From the NCBI RefSeq assembly GCF_006345805.1, contig NC_043008.1:806001-870000 (forward strand): a stretch of DNA of 64,000 nucleotides, given 5' to 3'. Origin of the DNA: Octopus sinensis. Taxonomy: Eukaryota. The notes under the pieces are model-generated. The model was not told the origin of the DNA. It ran no database searches and worked only from the letters and a program-made list of their open reading frames with translations. Position numbers and translations under genes: made by a program. Positions 26,401 to 41,433 of the stretch are shown here, piece after piece; position 1 is the first letter of the stretch; every line of letters begins with the position of its first letter.

Positions 26401-27081
26401 TATATAAGAGAATTGATTGAGCATAAAAATATAGAAGCTTATGTTGTCTTATGGTATGCATGAAGTTTAATTTGGTAAAGTTAAGGATGAAATGTATTGT
26501 AAATACTTTATAAAGTAGAATTGATGGGTGTTTGAGAGACAATTGATGTGTAATTATGTTTATATTAATTTTTAATATTTTCTAGTTAGTTATTGGTGCA
26601 TTTATGAATAGATTTTCTATTTGAGAATACACTTAAGATTTTGTAGTGAAACTACAGCAGATTGGAAGTAGGAGAACAAACATTGGGGAATGAGAGATGT
26701 AAGGTGGCTATCTAATGCAAAATTTAAGGGGATTGTTTACGTGTTTCTCAAAATATAATTGAAGGATAATTGTCCTATGCGTTAGATGATGTGTATCAAT
26801 GGTCACATGAGTGAGAAATACTGGAAAATATATGAAGTAATATTGAAAGTGCAATTAGGTGAACAAATGTGTGTAGACACTAAACATTTGTTATATTGGA
26901 AAGCATAATGTGAGTTAGGTTTTCGAATTAATTTCAAGTTATAATTTTAAGGATACTTAATGAATTATTGTTGATGTGTTTATATCGCTGGGAAAAGATC
27001 AGACGATGCAAGGTAATATCTAAGTAGAGAGGAGGAAAAGTACATAAAGTTGTATTGAGTAAACATATGAATGACTATACA

Positions 27082-27569
27082 CAGTAATCCCTCACCATTT
27101 CGCGGTTCACCTATCGCGCACTCAGTATATCGTGGACTTTTTTGGTTAATATATGTATATTTGAATCGCGGACTCCGCAGAATATCGCGTGTTTCTGCTG
27201 CCGATGGGTACTTATATTGTTTTAGATGTTAATTATTTCTGTGGTAAAATAAGGATTTTCACGCCTAAAAGTTAATAAATGAAAATGGAGTACAGTACTG
27301 TAGTGTATCACACATTAATTAAAATATATTAAAAGAAAATACGGAGTGTACCGTAGATGAATAAACAAAGAATCGCACACACTGTATGGAAAATGAAACT
27401 TGGGAATCGAGTGTGTGGTGTTGTTTTGCATTTATAATAAAATAAATATATAGAAATTATAAAAGTGATAAAACTATATATACAGTACAGTACTGTTTCT
27501 ACTTCGCGGACTTTCACCTATCGCGGGAGGTTTTGGAACGTAACACTCAAGATAGTCAAAGGATTACTG
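27082..27569. mobile_element. Tigger/pogo-type MITE
   Basis: Termini cagtaatccctc ... aaggattactg, followed by TA on the right (left flank reads CA); subterminal repeats ttcacctatcgcg. Confidence 0.8.
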
Positions 27570-28321
27570 TAATAGCTATATTATGTATATATGTACGTGT
27601 GTTTCAGTTTGCTGAAGCTTATATTAATTTATATGCTACGTATACATGTGGGTATATATATATATATATATATATATATTCAGAAAGGACATATATTGAA
27701 ATCCCTGGCTGCTTGCTACATTAAATCATAAAACTAAAATTCTTGATTTCGCGAGAAGAGAATTTTCAGAAAATTTTAAATATAAATTCAAATTACAACA
27801 ATTCTTGAAAGAAACAAAATAAAAAAAAATCGAAACAACCACAAGAGAAATGACCAAATTCCTAAAGTTTGTTCTTAATTAAAATTCAATTAAATATTGA
27901 TTGCCAGGTTAGAACGATTCAGTCTAATGTCTGCAGTGATAGTGAGACAATTCTTCAATGTTAAGGTCTATTGAGAATGAAATTGCTTCAAATTTGTGAA
28001 TCCAATATCCATTTTTTATTAGGTTATACATTGTTTTCGTCAATTAAATTGCTGTAGTTATTTTCACCGGCTGTTCGTTTTTCGGAATAAATAATCTAGA
28101 TAATGATTCGTTTTCCTTGATACGTGTGTGATTATATTTAGTTATAATTCTTTATTTTGCTACATTACGTATGCTAGCATTTACTATGCTAATTTAATGC
28201 ATGAATATGTAAACATATTTATATATGTATCTATGTTTATATATATATATTTCGCTCTGTCTCTCGCCACAGACATACATATGTGTGTGTTTATACATAT
28301 ACAAACTTATATCGAGACCTA

Positions 28322-29215
28322 AATGCAATATACATGTAGACTGTAGAAAACAACATGCAGTTTAATGTCGGAAAAATTTTAAACACTGCGCTATCATGTC
28401 ACAAATGCATCACAACCTGCATACGAAGGACCCGAAGTCACTGAAATCCCAGAATCACAGACAGTGGTAGACTTGCGGGGATCAGTAATGATGTATCATT
28501 TCGTAGGCACATTGTCAGCATGACGTCAACGTGCAGACAATTGACAGGGTTGCTACTAAGGCCCTGAAAAAGCAAAGATAAAAAGTTATGTTGACCTTGT
28601 GGGGGACATTTGTTCTCAGCCTGAACAACTGCTCTCAGATGTGACCTACACATAGCGCCAAACTAAGAACGGAGCTTGAACGGATCTAATGTCACTGTAC
28701 GATAAACATTGCAACAGATGAACTTCGGAGGAAGCTGAAAGAATTACGACTTTACTCCCTGAAGAGAAGACGTGAAAGATATGTAGTAATCTACATATAG
28801 AAAACTCTGGAAAGACTAGAAGTTAATTTTGACATCGAGTGTTCTACAAATGACTGGGATGGACGCTGTTGCATTGTCACAACGGTGCTATGAACCCTAT
28901 CGAAAATCAGGACCAGGTACTGCAATAATTTAGGGTCCAAAGGTACACATCTCTTCAATGTCCTACCAAAACAATTTTAAAAGATACACAATGTAGACGT
29001 GAATATCTTCAAAAGGAAACGGGACCTTTACCTACCAACGTTAGGGAATAAACCATAAGACTAGCACGAGGAACAGATGAGGACAGCAGTGTTAAGTCCA
29101 TCATACGGCAAATTGGGGCCGGAAACCACAGGCAAAAGCACATGCAGGAATGATGATATGAAATGCCACCACCCTGAAGAAATCACCAACAAAATAAGAA
29201 TATGCAGAAGTATAA
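28322..29215 (+). pseudogene. Decayed CR1-clade LINE ORF2 3' region
   Basis: ENNMQFNVGK...LKELRLYSLKRRRERYVVIYI*K...GTHLFNVLPK...VNIFKRKRDLYL, with stops and frameshifts. Confidence 0.85.
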
Positions 29216-29407
29216 AATCACAGTTTATGCTCCAGCATGACCACAGTACCGTGGCTAGAAATGAATAAAAGAATACAAGAATATACACTCATATATATAT
29301 ATATGTATATATATATATGTATGTATATATATTTATGTATATATATATATATACATACACACACACATATACATATCTATATATAAATATATATAGATGC
29401 GCGCATT

Positions 29408-29501
<94 letters not shown>

Positions 29502-29535
29502 AATCTATCTGTCTATCCGTTTATCTATCTATCTG
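29408..29535. repeat. (ATCT)n microsatellite
   Basis: Direct inspection. Confidence 0.95.
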
Positions 29536-30370
29536 TCAGACTATCTCCCTCTCTCACCCCGTCTCTCTTTCTCACTATATATATATATATAGTGAGAAAG
29601 ACATACGCAAATTGCACATTTATTTCTTTATACATATATGGATATGCGCAAATATGAATACAGACATACACACTCACGCACAGAGACGACGCTCACACTC
29701 ATACAGATACGCATACACAGGGGCCCATACACATAATATTATATTCACACATTTCATGTTGTTGCTTTTTTTTTTGTAATTTTTTAATTGAACAAAACTT
29801 TAATGAAATAATGCACACACAAACTCCACCGATAAAAAACACTCAAAAATCCGGCCACCAAACCAGCCGGAACAAACAAACATTATGAAATAAATTTAAG
29901 TGTTAAATTCCTTGTCGTTAATGTATTGGTTTGTGTGTGTCTGCGTTGGGGGAGATAATATGAATGTTTAAGTTTATCAACACGTTTTGCCGCTTGTCGC
30001 ATATGAAGTAGTTCCCAAGTAGAATCTTATAGAAGTATAACACTCAACAAACCCTTCAGCCTCATGCGCCTCCCTGTCTCTCTGAAATTACCATAACTAA
30101 CTTCGTAATCTCCAGTAGATGCCAACCCTTCTTTCTCATTATCTGTCCCTTTCGTTCTTTCTGTTTCTTTCTTTCTTTGCAGCTATATCGCGAGCTCTCG
30201 TTTTTATTAAAAAAAAAACAGAAACATAATTGATCTTGAGAATGATAAAATAACTAGGAAGGGAATTATTAGTAAATTTTGCTCAAGTAGCCTTCTTGAA
30301 AAGTATTGTAGAAAGGGAAGTAGTAAGGGTGGATGGACGGAACGAGAGAGAGAAAAAGAGGGAGAGATAG

Positions 30371-30434
<64 letters not shown>

Positions 30435-30566
30435 CTGCGTGTTTTTTGTGTCACTGACTGTATGTTTGTTTATTCATATTCCTAATGTTGATCTTTTAAT
30501 GAACGCATTCAGACACGGTGTTTCAGACATACACGTACGTGCCCTTGTAGTGAATAAACACACACA

Positions 30567-30611
<45 letters not shown>

Positions 30612-31536
30612 CTCACTCACACACACACACACACACGCACACGCACACGCACGCACACACACACACACACATACACAAACATAGACATAATATATATTAC
30701 ATTTATATATATATATATATTATTATGTAGTTATTTAAATAAAATACATTTATATAAAACAACGTATAATGTAACTAACTGTACAGGTATTTATTTGAAT
30801 GTTTTCGCTGTAAAGGCTAAGATGTGAAAATATCTTACTGTTCTTTTGAATAAACTGTAAAATAATTGGCAATCTCCTTACAGATCTGTATCTCGATAAT
30901 TATCCATCAACGTCGATGTAAAACGCCTCAGCTACTCCGAGAGTGCATTGCAGTTAAATCACTATATATAAATAGTAATAGTTTCTCAGGAACATCTAAG
31001 GCACTGTACTGGATGTGGACTGTACCTGACCTTCGGAGAATGTAAATAATTATTGTTAGAGAGACAAGGAATTTTCTAGATTTGTTGGAGGACCAGTCTT
31101 CGAGGTGCATTGCTAGCAACGTCTCAGATGTACCTTCAGAAAAGATCCTCAGTCATAAAGAAACCAATCATTTGGAACAGCCGTGGAACAGGTGTGAAGC
31201 TTTTAGATGAAATGTAATTGAACAGAATTGGGTTGAGAAGCGATGATATTTTCTAGATACGAGAAGCTTTTAGTAATTTTGAAGTCACAGATATCCAAAA
31301 AGAGTCTTAGCCAGGGTTGGAACGCTTTTCACCATGATTGTTTTTGCTCAGAGTGGAAACCTAAGGCTAAACAACATCAATAATCGAGCGACAGAATCTC
31401 TAAGTCCTCGCAAGACTCGCTAGAAGTAATAATCATACAACAACCATACTAACTTAGAAAACGGATGGGGTGGTGAGAATAATTTTGGTCGTCGGTCATC
31501 TTGATCGGGTTTCATCTTTGATTAAATATCAACAAC

Positions 31537-31686
31537 ACAGGCGCAGATGAGTGGTAAGAAGTTAGTTTTATAACCTCGTGGATTTTGGTTCAGTCCCACT
31601 GCGTGTTAACTTGGGCCAGAGTCTCACACACTAGTCTCAACTGACCTGAGGTTTGTGAGTGGACAGTAAGTGAAAGAAGCCTGTCA
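31537..31686 (+). mobile_element. SINE family B, 5' half
   Basis: gagtggtaagaag...ggttcagtcccactgcgtg...cttgggcc...gaaagaagcctgtc. Confidence 0.7.
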
Positions 31687-32155
31687 TAATCACACACACA
31701 GGCCACACACAAGCCACAGGCGAAACAAAGATGAAAATGAGAAACCATCTGCTGTGCAGGTTTTTGTTTAAATGAACTTATCTTGTAGAGGAAAGAATTT
31801 CTAACATAAACTAGGGGTCTTGTAAACCTAGTTGTCGATATGCTAATTAACCCATAAGTGGGACCCTAACAGGTGCTACTACTTTGAGCCGAAGTTGACC
31901 TGGGAGCTGATAGCTGTGAAGTGATGATTCCACGCTCCTCAAAAGCAATTTACTTACGAAGTTGCTGTACTTGCTGAGAGATTGTGCGAGAGATATATTG
32001 AGAGGTATGTATGTAGAGAGAGAGAGAGAGAGAGAGAAAGGAAGAGAGAGTGAGAGTGAGGGAGAGAGAGTGAGAGAGAGAGAGAGAGAAAGTGAATGAG
32101 TGAGAGAGTGAGTGGGGGAGTGATAGTCAGAGAGAGTGAGGGAGAGAGAGAGAGA

Positions 32156-32186
<31 letters not shown>

Positions 32187-32383
32187 AAGAATGAAGTAAG
32201 AGAAAAATCCGAGGCGTGAACGATTAATGTATCATGTGTCCATTAGTAAAACAGCAATTACAAAACAGAGAGAAGAAAATTGTTAAACTAATGGTGTACA
32301 TAGGAAAGCAGGTAGCCGATATGCCTCTCCGTATATCACACAACGATCATATATATATGTGTGTGTGTGTATGTGTGTGTATG

Positions 32384-32420
<37 letters not shown>

Positions 32421-32498
32421 AGATGTGTATATATACATACATGCATGCAGATATACATATATACATACATATATACGTATATATACACACACACAGAC

Positions 32499-32529
<31 letters not shown>

Positions 32530-32687
32530 TGCATATACATATATATCTATATATACATATGTATACGTACATACATATCTATATCTATATCTATCTATCT
32601 CTCTCTCTCTATATATATATGTACACTTCCCACACACCCGCACACACAAGTATGTGTATATATTCACATACATATATACATATATAT

Positions 32688-32820
<133 letters not shown>

Positions 32821-32838
32821 ATAAATATATTATATATA

Positions 32839-32888
<50 letters not shown>

Positions 32889-33331
32889 TATGTGCGAACA
32901 TGTTTGTGTATGTGTGTATATGGTTCATCGGTATAAGGAAAGGTATGATGATACGTGAGTTAATTAAAATTAGATATTGAACAAAAGGTTTTTGCCAACA
33001 GATTTACTAATTCATGCTGGGATTCCTACTCATCTCCACTCCAATATATGTGCAAAAATCTATATTTTAGAAGTAATAGAAGCTCTCACTGTCTTCCTTC
33101 TTCGTGGGAGTAAATATGGATACAGGTACACGTGTGCGCTCCAAAGTAAATCTATATTACTCGAGCTGTGATGCATGCGTGTGTGTGTGTGTCTGTGTGT
33201 CTTGGCATTCTGTTGTATAAAGTATTATGCTTCTACAGAAGCGTCTTCCCACCCTGCACATGTTTCTAAGTACTATGACTCTATCTCCCTCTCTCTCTCT
33301 CTTGCACGCATTATGCATATATATGTGCATA

Positions 33332-33383
<52 letters not shown>

Positions 33384-33509
33384 GGTGCTCCAGCATGGCC
33401 GCAGTCAAATGACTGAAACAAGTAAAAGAGTAAGAGTAAAGATATATGTATGTATATATATATATATATATAACTATCTATCTATCTATATCATCTATCT
33501 ATCTATCTA

Positions 33510-33556
<47 letters not shown>

Positions 33557-33677
33557 AGTACGTATACATGCATATATATGTACATACATTCAAGTATATA
33601 CACAACCATATACGCACGTGTTTCACTGCTCATATACAATATTCCTATATATATATACATGACACACACATATGAAT

Positions 33678-33742
<65 letters not shown>

Positions 33743-34195
33743 TATATAATATATATATATATATACATACATGCATATAAACGTACATATATACATGCAT
33801 ATATATGTATATATATACGGCAATATAGAGATACATGCATGCATCCATCCATCCATCCATCCATCCATCCATACATACATACATACATACATACATACAT
33901 ACAAATACATTCTCAAACGTATACACGCAGATAGTGAGGGTAGGCTATTGATTTCGAAGACGCACACGCACACACATACACACACACAGACTTTTAGCAT
34001 CTCATTCTGAAATCGCTATATGCACTCACCCATCGGCATAAGAATGCGTGTGTTTTTATTTTGTGTTGTGTACTTATGTGTATGTGTGTATAACGCATTA
34101 TATATGTATGTGCATGTGTAGATATATCTATACATGCACATACATATGTAATGCGTTATACACACATACACACACACACATACACATACATATAC

Positions 34196-34242
<47 letters not shown>

Positions 34243-34712
34243 TATGCATATATATATATTTACATATATATGCTTATACGCACCTACAATTGTGTGTGTG
34301 TGTGTGTCTGCTTGTATGTGTGTTACTATCATATCGTTTGAGCACTTGGCTGTCTATGTGTTGTGTTGTACTTTGTGAGTATATGTGGGTTATGGGAATG
34401 CGCTCCCGCTTTCCGTTGCATATAGCATTATTGAATTATTGAATTCTAACTTTGGCCAAAGGTCGGGGTATTTCACTGCGATATGTAAAATCACAGATAG
34501 AAGTGGAAAGTCTGAGAATGTGAGAGAAGAGAGAGAGAGGGTTCTAATTTCTTCAATATATACAAATATGATACTAGCATTATTTTTTCCTGTTATTGAA
34601 AGGTGTCGGGTTTGATCCACGTACCGAGTTCAGTGTAACCGACAGGCATTTTCCGCACATATTTCAAGGCTTAGATTCTATAGTAAAAAGAATTATCATT
34701 CTCTGTGTAAGG

Positions 34713-35160
34713 GTGGCAAGCTATCGCAAGTGTTATTTTTTTTTTATTTGGTCGATGCCAAAATGCTTATCTGTGTTTCTTCCGGCTTTATGTTGAGTTC
34801 AAACCCCACTAGGGCCGATTTTGCCTTTCGTCCTTCCGATAAAAGGACTCTCATCCAAGCAATGCGGTTGATGTCACCTTGCCTTCTCCCACAAAATTCC
34901 TAGGCCGTGTGGCTAAAATAGAAAGAAATATTATTATTTTCGTTACACATGCGGGGAGCCGACAGAATCGTTAGCATGGAAGACAACAAGCTTATGGAAT
35001 TTCTTTTTTTAGTGCAGAATTCAAATTCCTCCGATGTCAATATTCCATTTAATCTTTTCGGGGTCGATAAACTAAGTACAAGTCAAATAATGGGGTCCAT
35101 GTAAGCGATTCACACCCCTCCCTAGATTTCAGGCATTGTGCTTAGAGTAGAAAAAAAATA
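34713..35160 (+). mobile_element. Two adjacent degenerate SINE family A copies (about 34713-34930 and 34951-35160)
   Basis: gagttcaaacccc...ttttgcctttcg and gaattcaaattcc...ttcggggtcgataaactaagtac...gcattgtgcttagagtagaaa. Confidence 0.7.
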
Positions 35161-36122
35161 TTATTCTCCAATTGAAACGGTTCGCAAGGTATTCAAACAG
35201 AAAACACTGAAAGATCGAATTCAGTAAGGAATTAAAAGCAACGCTTGTGCTATAACCATTATCGATCACATGTTCTCAATGTATGTGGTTTGTCATTGAC
35301 AGGTGACTTAACCCGCCTCGGTTGGCTGCGGCAAAGCGACTGAAGGACAACTCCCTCATTGCACAGGGTGTTAAAAATAAACACCGGTGAACAAACGAAA
35401 AGATATAATTCCATTATTTCAAAATGCATGTAGTCCGGCACGTTACTGATTCTATCACTGATGGAGAAATCCAAAGACTAAGTAGACATCTTACAGAAAA
35501 TCTAAATGTGGTGTTAGTACTTCGCATATTCCCAGTGGCAGAAGGAGGTGTAGACATTCCTTGCAGCACACTATCTCACTCTGTTGCTCTTCCCACGTCA
35601 CTCTCTGTTTGTTCTACGACGAAGGACAAATACATACGAAACGCTGAACAATACCTTCACCCATTCATTTACGTTAAAACTAATACAATATCTTCGCGTG
35701 TAATGAATTGTTTGTATAATTTATATATGTACTGGTGCCCCAGCATGACCACAGTTACTGCGATATGTAAAATCACAGATAGAAGCGGAAAGTCTGAGAA
35801 TGTGAGAGAAGAGAGAGGGTTCTAATTTCTGAAACAATTTAAAGATTTAAAGATTTATATACAAGAACGCAGATATATTTATCTTCTCTCCTTTTTTTTC
35901 CTTCTTTGTCCTTTCTGTGAGAAGAGTGAACAGTCGAGAGGTAAGGAATATATTTTTGTTATTTCCTAACCAAATTCTTGAGCATCAACCTAATACGTTG
36001 TGCGTTTGTTGTTTAACCTCGTCTTTGTTTTATATATATATATATATTATTACGTAGATGCACTTGCATAGCAAGTGAGCTGATCTGAGATCGTGTGCTG
36101 AAAGAAAAACAATTGCAGCATG

Positions 36123-36360
36123 GAAGGTGTTTATAAACCATTTGAAACATACAAAAACCGTAAGATGCACTTCAACATTTAAATTTAATTTGTGAAAAAA
36201 GTTTCGTCGCTTTGAGACCGTGACCTGTTCACTACACGGAAGGTAGTCAGTGAACAGGTCGCGGTCTCAAAGCAACGAAAATATTTTCACAAATTAAATT
36301 TAAGTGCTGAAGCGTATATAACGGTTTTTGTGTGTTTTCAAATGGTTTATAAACACCTTC
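36123..36360. mobile_element. Inverted-duplicated short element, each arm with a hammerhead-like motif (G3-C8 core)
   Basis: Arms 36123-36233 and 36249-36360; right arm reads gtca GTGAACA g gtcgc ggtctcaaa gcaac GAAA ATAT TT (left arm has gcgac, giving a perfect stem II). Confidence 0.75.
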
Positions 36361-36361
36361 T

Positions 36362-36622
36362 ACTCAGAACGTAGCGGCAAACGAAATACCTGTTTTTTTA
36401 CTACCCACAAGGGGCTAAACACAGAGAGGACAAACAAGGACAGACAAACGGATTAAGTCGATTATATCGACCCCAGTGCGTAGCTGGTACTTAATTTATC
36501 GATCCCGAAAGGATGAAAGGAAAAGTCGACCTCGGCGGAATTTGAACTCAGAACGTAACGGCAAACGAAATACCGCGAAGCATTTCGCCCGGCGTGCTAA
36601 CGTTTCTGCCAGCTCGCCACCC
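36362..36622 (-). mobile_element. SINE family A long-tail form plus start of a second unit
   Basis: Reverse complement ...gtgggtagtaaaaaaacaggtatttcgtttgccgctacgttctgagt. Confidence 0.9.
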
Positions 36623-37874
36623 TTTGCCGTTAAAATATTGTGAAACTACTGCTGAAGAATTTATGGAGAGAGATTGAGTTGGAAGTTTAAGAACATTGGG
36701 TAACGGCGAAACGTGAGTCTAGAAATTAATGACACATAGTAACCCACATATATCCACATACAAAAAAGTATCTACCCACACACATGTATATATACAGATA
36801 CAATATGAAAATAACTTATATATATATTTCCTTACTATTATAAGGACAAAAAAGTTTCTTGCATTTTCTTATATTTTAAAATTCAATGTTTTCCAAGAAA
36901 GAGGGTATAAAGTTTCAGCGCAGAGCATTAACACGGAAAACGCATTACCAGGTGGAAGGATTAGACTTGATGGCGTATCTGAAATCCTAAGGTTTCTGAG
37001 TAGGTCTCTAAAATTTCGAAGTAAAGGTCAACAATCGGTTATCATTAAAGGAGATAAAAAATATTAACAAGTTTCGTGAAAAATATTTGCTAAGCGAATG
37101 CAATGAACCACTAACTGTATGTATATGGGTACATGTGCGTGTGTGTGTGAGTATACATATATATTTGTATATATCTATATTTGTGTGTATATATACATAT
37201 ATATATGTATATATATATATATATATATGTATATGTATATATAAAATGTATATGTCTTTAAGTGTGTTTAGCTTTGCCAGTTTCTATACATTTATGTATA
37301 CATACAGAGGCTATATACATACAAACACAGACAAATACACACACAAATATAAACATACATACACACATAAATATATATATATACATATATGTATGTATAA
37401 ATACATACACACATATATATATACGTGCATATGTATACGTGTATATATATATATATATATATATACATATATGATATATGTTGGAGCATGCCTTTGCTTG
37501 CATATGTATTCATGTATGTATGTATGCATGCATGCATGCATGCATGTATGTATGTATGTATATATATATATAATATCTATCTATATAGGCTTATACGTAT
37601 ATCTGACTATAAGCAAAGATATGTTACCGTGTGCATGTATAGAAGCACGCGCGAATTGCTAGATGGAATGGTACGATTAAAGAATGATTTATAATCCATC
37701 AATCAAGCGATGACTCTATCACTATACTTAACATTCGACAAGTACATATCTAGATACATACACTCATACGTGCATAAATTTATGCCTAAGACATAATATA
37801 CATTACATACAGAGATACTTACATACATACCGTATATTATCATACATAGATATGTGTGTGTGAGTGTATATATC

Positions 37875-37915
<41 letters not shown>

Positions 37916-38261
37916 ATGTATATATATATATATGTAGTCACATATTCGTATACGAGTTTATTGGCATGGTTGAGATGTCGAATATACGCAATTATATTTT
38001 GAGATTATCGAAGACCAAACGAAGATGGAGTGAGAAGTGTTTAGACATACTGGTGCCGAACTGTGAAACATTGAATGAGGCCATCGAATGGGTATTAATA
38101 TAATATGTGATAACATCGATCTCGCTGACAGTGTTACGGCAATGATGAATGTCTTGCTGAAGGTTTCATCTTGCACTTGTATGTGTATATACTTATACAC
38201 ATAAACATGCACAAGCACATATACACACCTCTACATTCATATATACATACAAACATATATA

Positions 38262-38294
<33 letters not shown>

Positions 38295-38689
38295 CATGCG
38301 TGTACGTATATCAATATATATATTGATAGATGTATGCCTGGAGATACACACGTATACATGCATAGCAACAGAAAGTTACGCACATATCTACACTTAAGGA
38401 GCGAATGGCCGCCCTCCAGGCACTCCTCCTTTAGTCCTTATTTGGCTTACTGTTGCTATAGTAGTATAATATACTGTGTTGCCAGTGACCCGAGCTGCAT
38501 GTCTCATTTCCTTGACACTGTTGTAAAGATTCTAATGATTGCAGTTTCACTGATGTTGTCATGTGTACTAATATTGATGAGAGTATAGGAACGTACCAAG
38601 AAAGCTCATGCACATACTACGCATATTCAATTATCTACATGCGTGCTTACCACGCATACACACACACTCAGATGCATGCTGGTATAGCT

Positions 38690-38878
38690 GGCATTCTGTT
38701 GGTTACGACGTCGAGGTTTCTAATTGATGAGATCAACGGAACAGGCAGCGCGTAAAATTAAAGTTGAAGTGGCTGAGTGCTCCAGAGACACGCGTACCCT
38801 TAACGTTAATCTGAGAGAAGTTCAACGCGGCACGATCTTGATCTGAAAACCCTACCCACTGAGCCACGTCCCTTCACA
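38690..38878 (-). mobile_element. SINE family C, internally deleted
   Basis: ggttacgacg...gatcaacggaacag...gtggctgagtgctccagagacacgcgtacccttaacgt. Confidence 0.75.
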
Positions 38879-38939
38879 TGCATACATACACGCCTTACAT
38901 ACATACATATATACATACACACAAAGCAGTTAAATTCAC

Positions 38940-39225
38940 CTTGTTCTGTGGCCCTTCGACACCGGACATGACTAGATTAGCAGCTTTACTCTCCGTGATT
39001 CTTGAGGTGCCTCATTAAACAGATATTGACATAAAATCCACGTTTACAGAGGGGACACGTAATAGCAGAGTTAGGGCCCATTCTTTCAGTTTCTCTGATC
39101 ATTTCTGATTCTGAGTGGTGTATTCCAGATTTGAAAACCACGCTGCGTGGCAGATAGTTTTCTCCAGCTGGATGCTCCCAAGTAAACTGCTCCTATAGAC
39201 TTTCCAAGGTTGCCTTGTGAGTATC
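38940..39225 (-). pseudogene. Decayed RTE LINE 3' end
   Basis: WEHPA...SGIHHSESE...ITCPLCKRGFYVNICLMRHLKNH (terminal C2H2-like motif), then short 3' UTR gtcatgtccggtgtcgaagggcc. Confidence 0.6.
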
Positions 39226-39479
39226 TTTGTATTAAAAATCATCAACTTATTTTTATCTCTATTGTATACTATAATTTAGTAAGTCGGATGTCTGTCTTAT
39301 TTTCATATCATTGGTGAAGTTTAGGCCAGACCATATTTTATATCGTGTGTAGTCATATTTTGTGTGATTTTCACATGTTTGTTACATAGTTGAAAACGGT
39401 GGTATAAAAACCACATAAAAATCCATACATGCGTTAATGTACATACATTGGCCACCAGAACAAACGCACATCCCTGTTT

Positions 39480-39655
39480 GTATATATGCACGTGGACAGT
39501 TGGCGGTTTTTCCCTTCTTTTTCCAATTCTTTTGAACTTTCCTGTCTCCTCTTCCGGAGAAGGGCTATGCTCGAAACGTAAAACAACCACTATTTTCCTT
39601 CTCTGAGCGTCTCATTAATACTTTGCATGTGTTTCTTTTTATCGTGTTTTAAAAA
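39480..39655 (+). mobile_element. Short element with hammerhead-like motif (same group as 11862 and 57190)
   Basis: ctt CCGGAGA a gggc tat gctc GAAACGTA aaa ... ctgagcgt..aatac. Confidence 0.6.
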
Positions 39656-39677
39656 GTATATATATAATATATATATA

Positions 39678-39726
<49 letters not shown>

Positions 39727-39959
39727 CTCTGTGTGTGTTATGTGTCTGTATCGTATTTAATGGTTAAACTCAAAGTAGATAAAGCTATAAATAACATTAT
39801 AACATTAGATTAAAAATCCACCTTCGGTAGGAATGGTCGAAGGTTGATTGTAATTATCTTTTGCAGTATCATTTGCTGATTTATGCTAAAGCCGACCAGA
39901 TTAAAACTAAATTAATATACTCATGTAGTGCAATATTAAATGAAAACAATGGTGTGTAA

Positions 39960-40450
39960 GCCTATTTTGTAAATGAGATCCGTTTCTGCGGAGTTTCATG
40001 CGAAAAAAATTAAAACAACTACTTGTATGCATGAAAGCAATCATTATAAAACAAATGCAAATACGTAAATACTTTTGAAGAAAACCCTTTAAAGAATAAA
40101 CATGAAATACGTTTTCTCTTGCTTGAATGGGAATCGTGTTTATCGGAATTTTATGCCCACTCTGATCGTTGATCCACACATCAGGAGACTCTTCATGTTA
40201 TGCATTATTGTGGATCAATGAAGAAACAACGCCTTGCAAGTAATGGAGTAACTACTCGTGTACTTGAACTCATTTTACTTTTATCATCATGCATTTCTCT
40301 AACTTTGAGCTGTGCAAGCTTAAATGATCTTCAGTATGGCTAATATTTTCATTCTGCATAAAACATTTGTGAAACGTCGAACGTAATATCTCTAAGACTC
40401 CTTTCGCATTACTACCTTCACTTGCAGGTCAAACTTTCTTTATAGTTATA
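39960..40450 (-). pseudogene. Decayed Tigger/pogo transposase N-terminal (CENP-B-type HTH) fragment
   Basis: IMHNMKSLLM/VWINDQSGHKIPINTIPIQARENVF resembles the Tigger pattern MEKLLxxWIEDQxQxxIPLxxxxIQAKA. Confidence 0.5.
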
Positions 40451-41301
40451 TCCAATAATTGTAATACAGTACAATGGATGTCTTCTGCATCTGTAAATGT
40501 TAACACCCACAAATGGTAGTGTTACATATATAAAATACATGATACAAAAAAATACAAAATATATTACTTCCAAAAATATCACTCCCATGTCATGATTTAA
40601 AAAAAATTAAATTTTACTAGAGTTAAAATATAGATAATGGCGCGTACGTTCTTCTTACCAGAGGCAAGACTATAAAAATTTTACTAAGTGGAGTATGCCA
40701 TGACCAGATTTTCTGTAAAGTGGGTATTCCAGCATTGTAAAAGCTACCTGTGTTCGGCGTTGAAATAACAGTAATGTTCTACTTAACTGAATTACCAGAT
40801 TACAAAATAGGCTGCAGTTTTGCTTAATTCAAAGTTATTGTTTTTGATCCTCTCTAAAAGCCATCACGTTGAAAGCACTGAAATTTGCTCTGAAATTATG
40901 AGTCTAATGGCAAATTATTATCGGTCTAATAGACATCGGTCTAATAGACATCACGAATCAACAACTGATTTCTTTGTTAAATTTCATAAATAAGGGACCG
41001 AAAACTTGCTAAGAGTCATTGATGATTGGTTGTTTGACTAAAGAAGAGCAGCCAGGTCGAGAAAACAGTGAATTAAAAGTCGCATTGCGTCAATGAAACA
41101 AGCGTATTGTGAACTGGAAAAAGGTGTTCTCCGAAGAAGAAATAAAACAGCGATTATCACATTCATGTTCAAATCTACCAGAAAGTATTGATAATAAATG
41201 GATATGTCATGTTTTTTCATTCTCGTTCTTCACCATACACATGGTAAGTTATTATAAAGATATTAATATATAAACCCTCACGCCCTACTAACACTGCTGC
41301 T

Positions 41302-41384
<83 letters not shown>

Positions 41385-41393
41385 CATACATAA

Positions 41394-41433
<40 letters not shown>

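Noticed and set aside
30820-31330. Possible decayed TE coding sequence
   Set aside because: No motif could be assigned in any frame.
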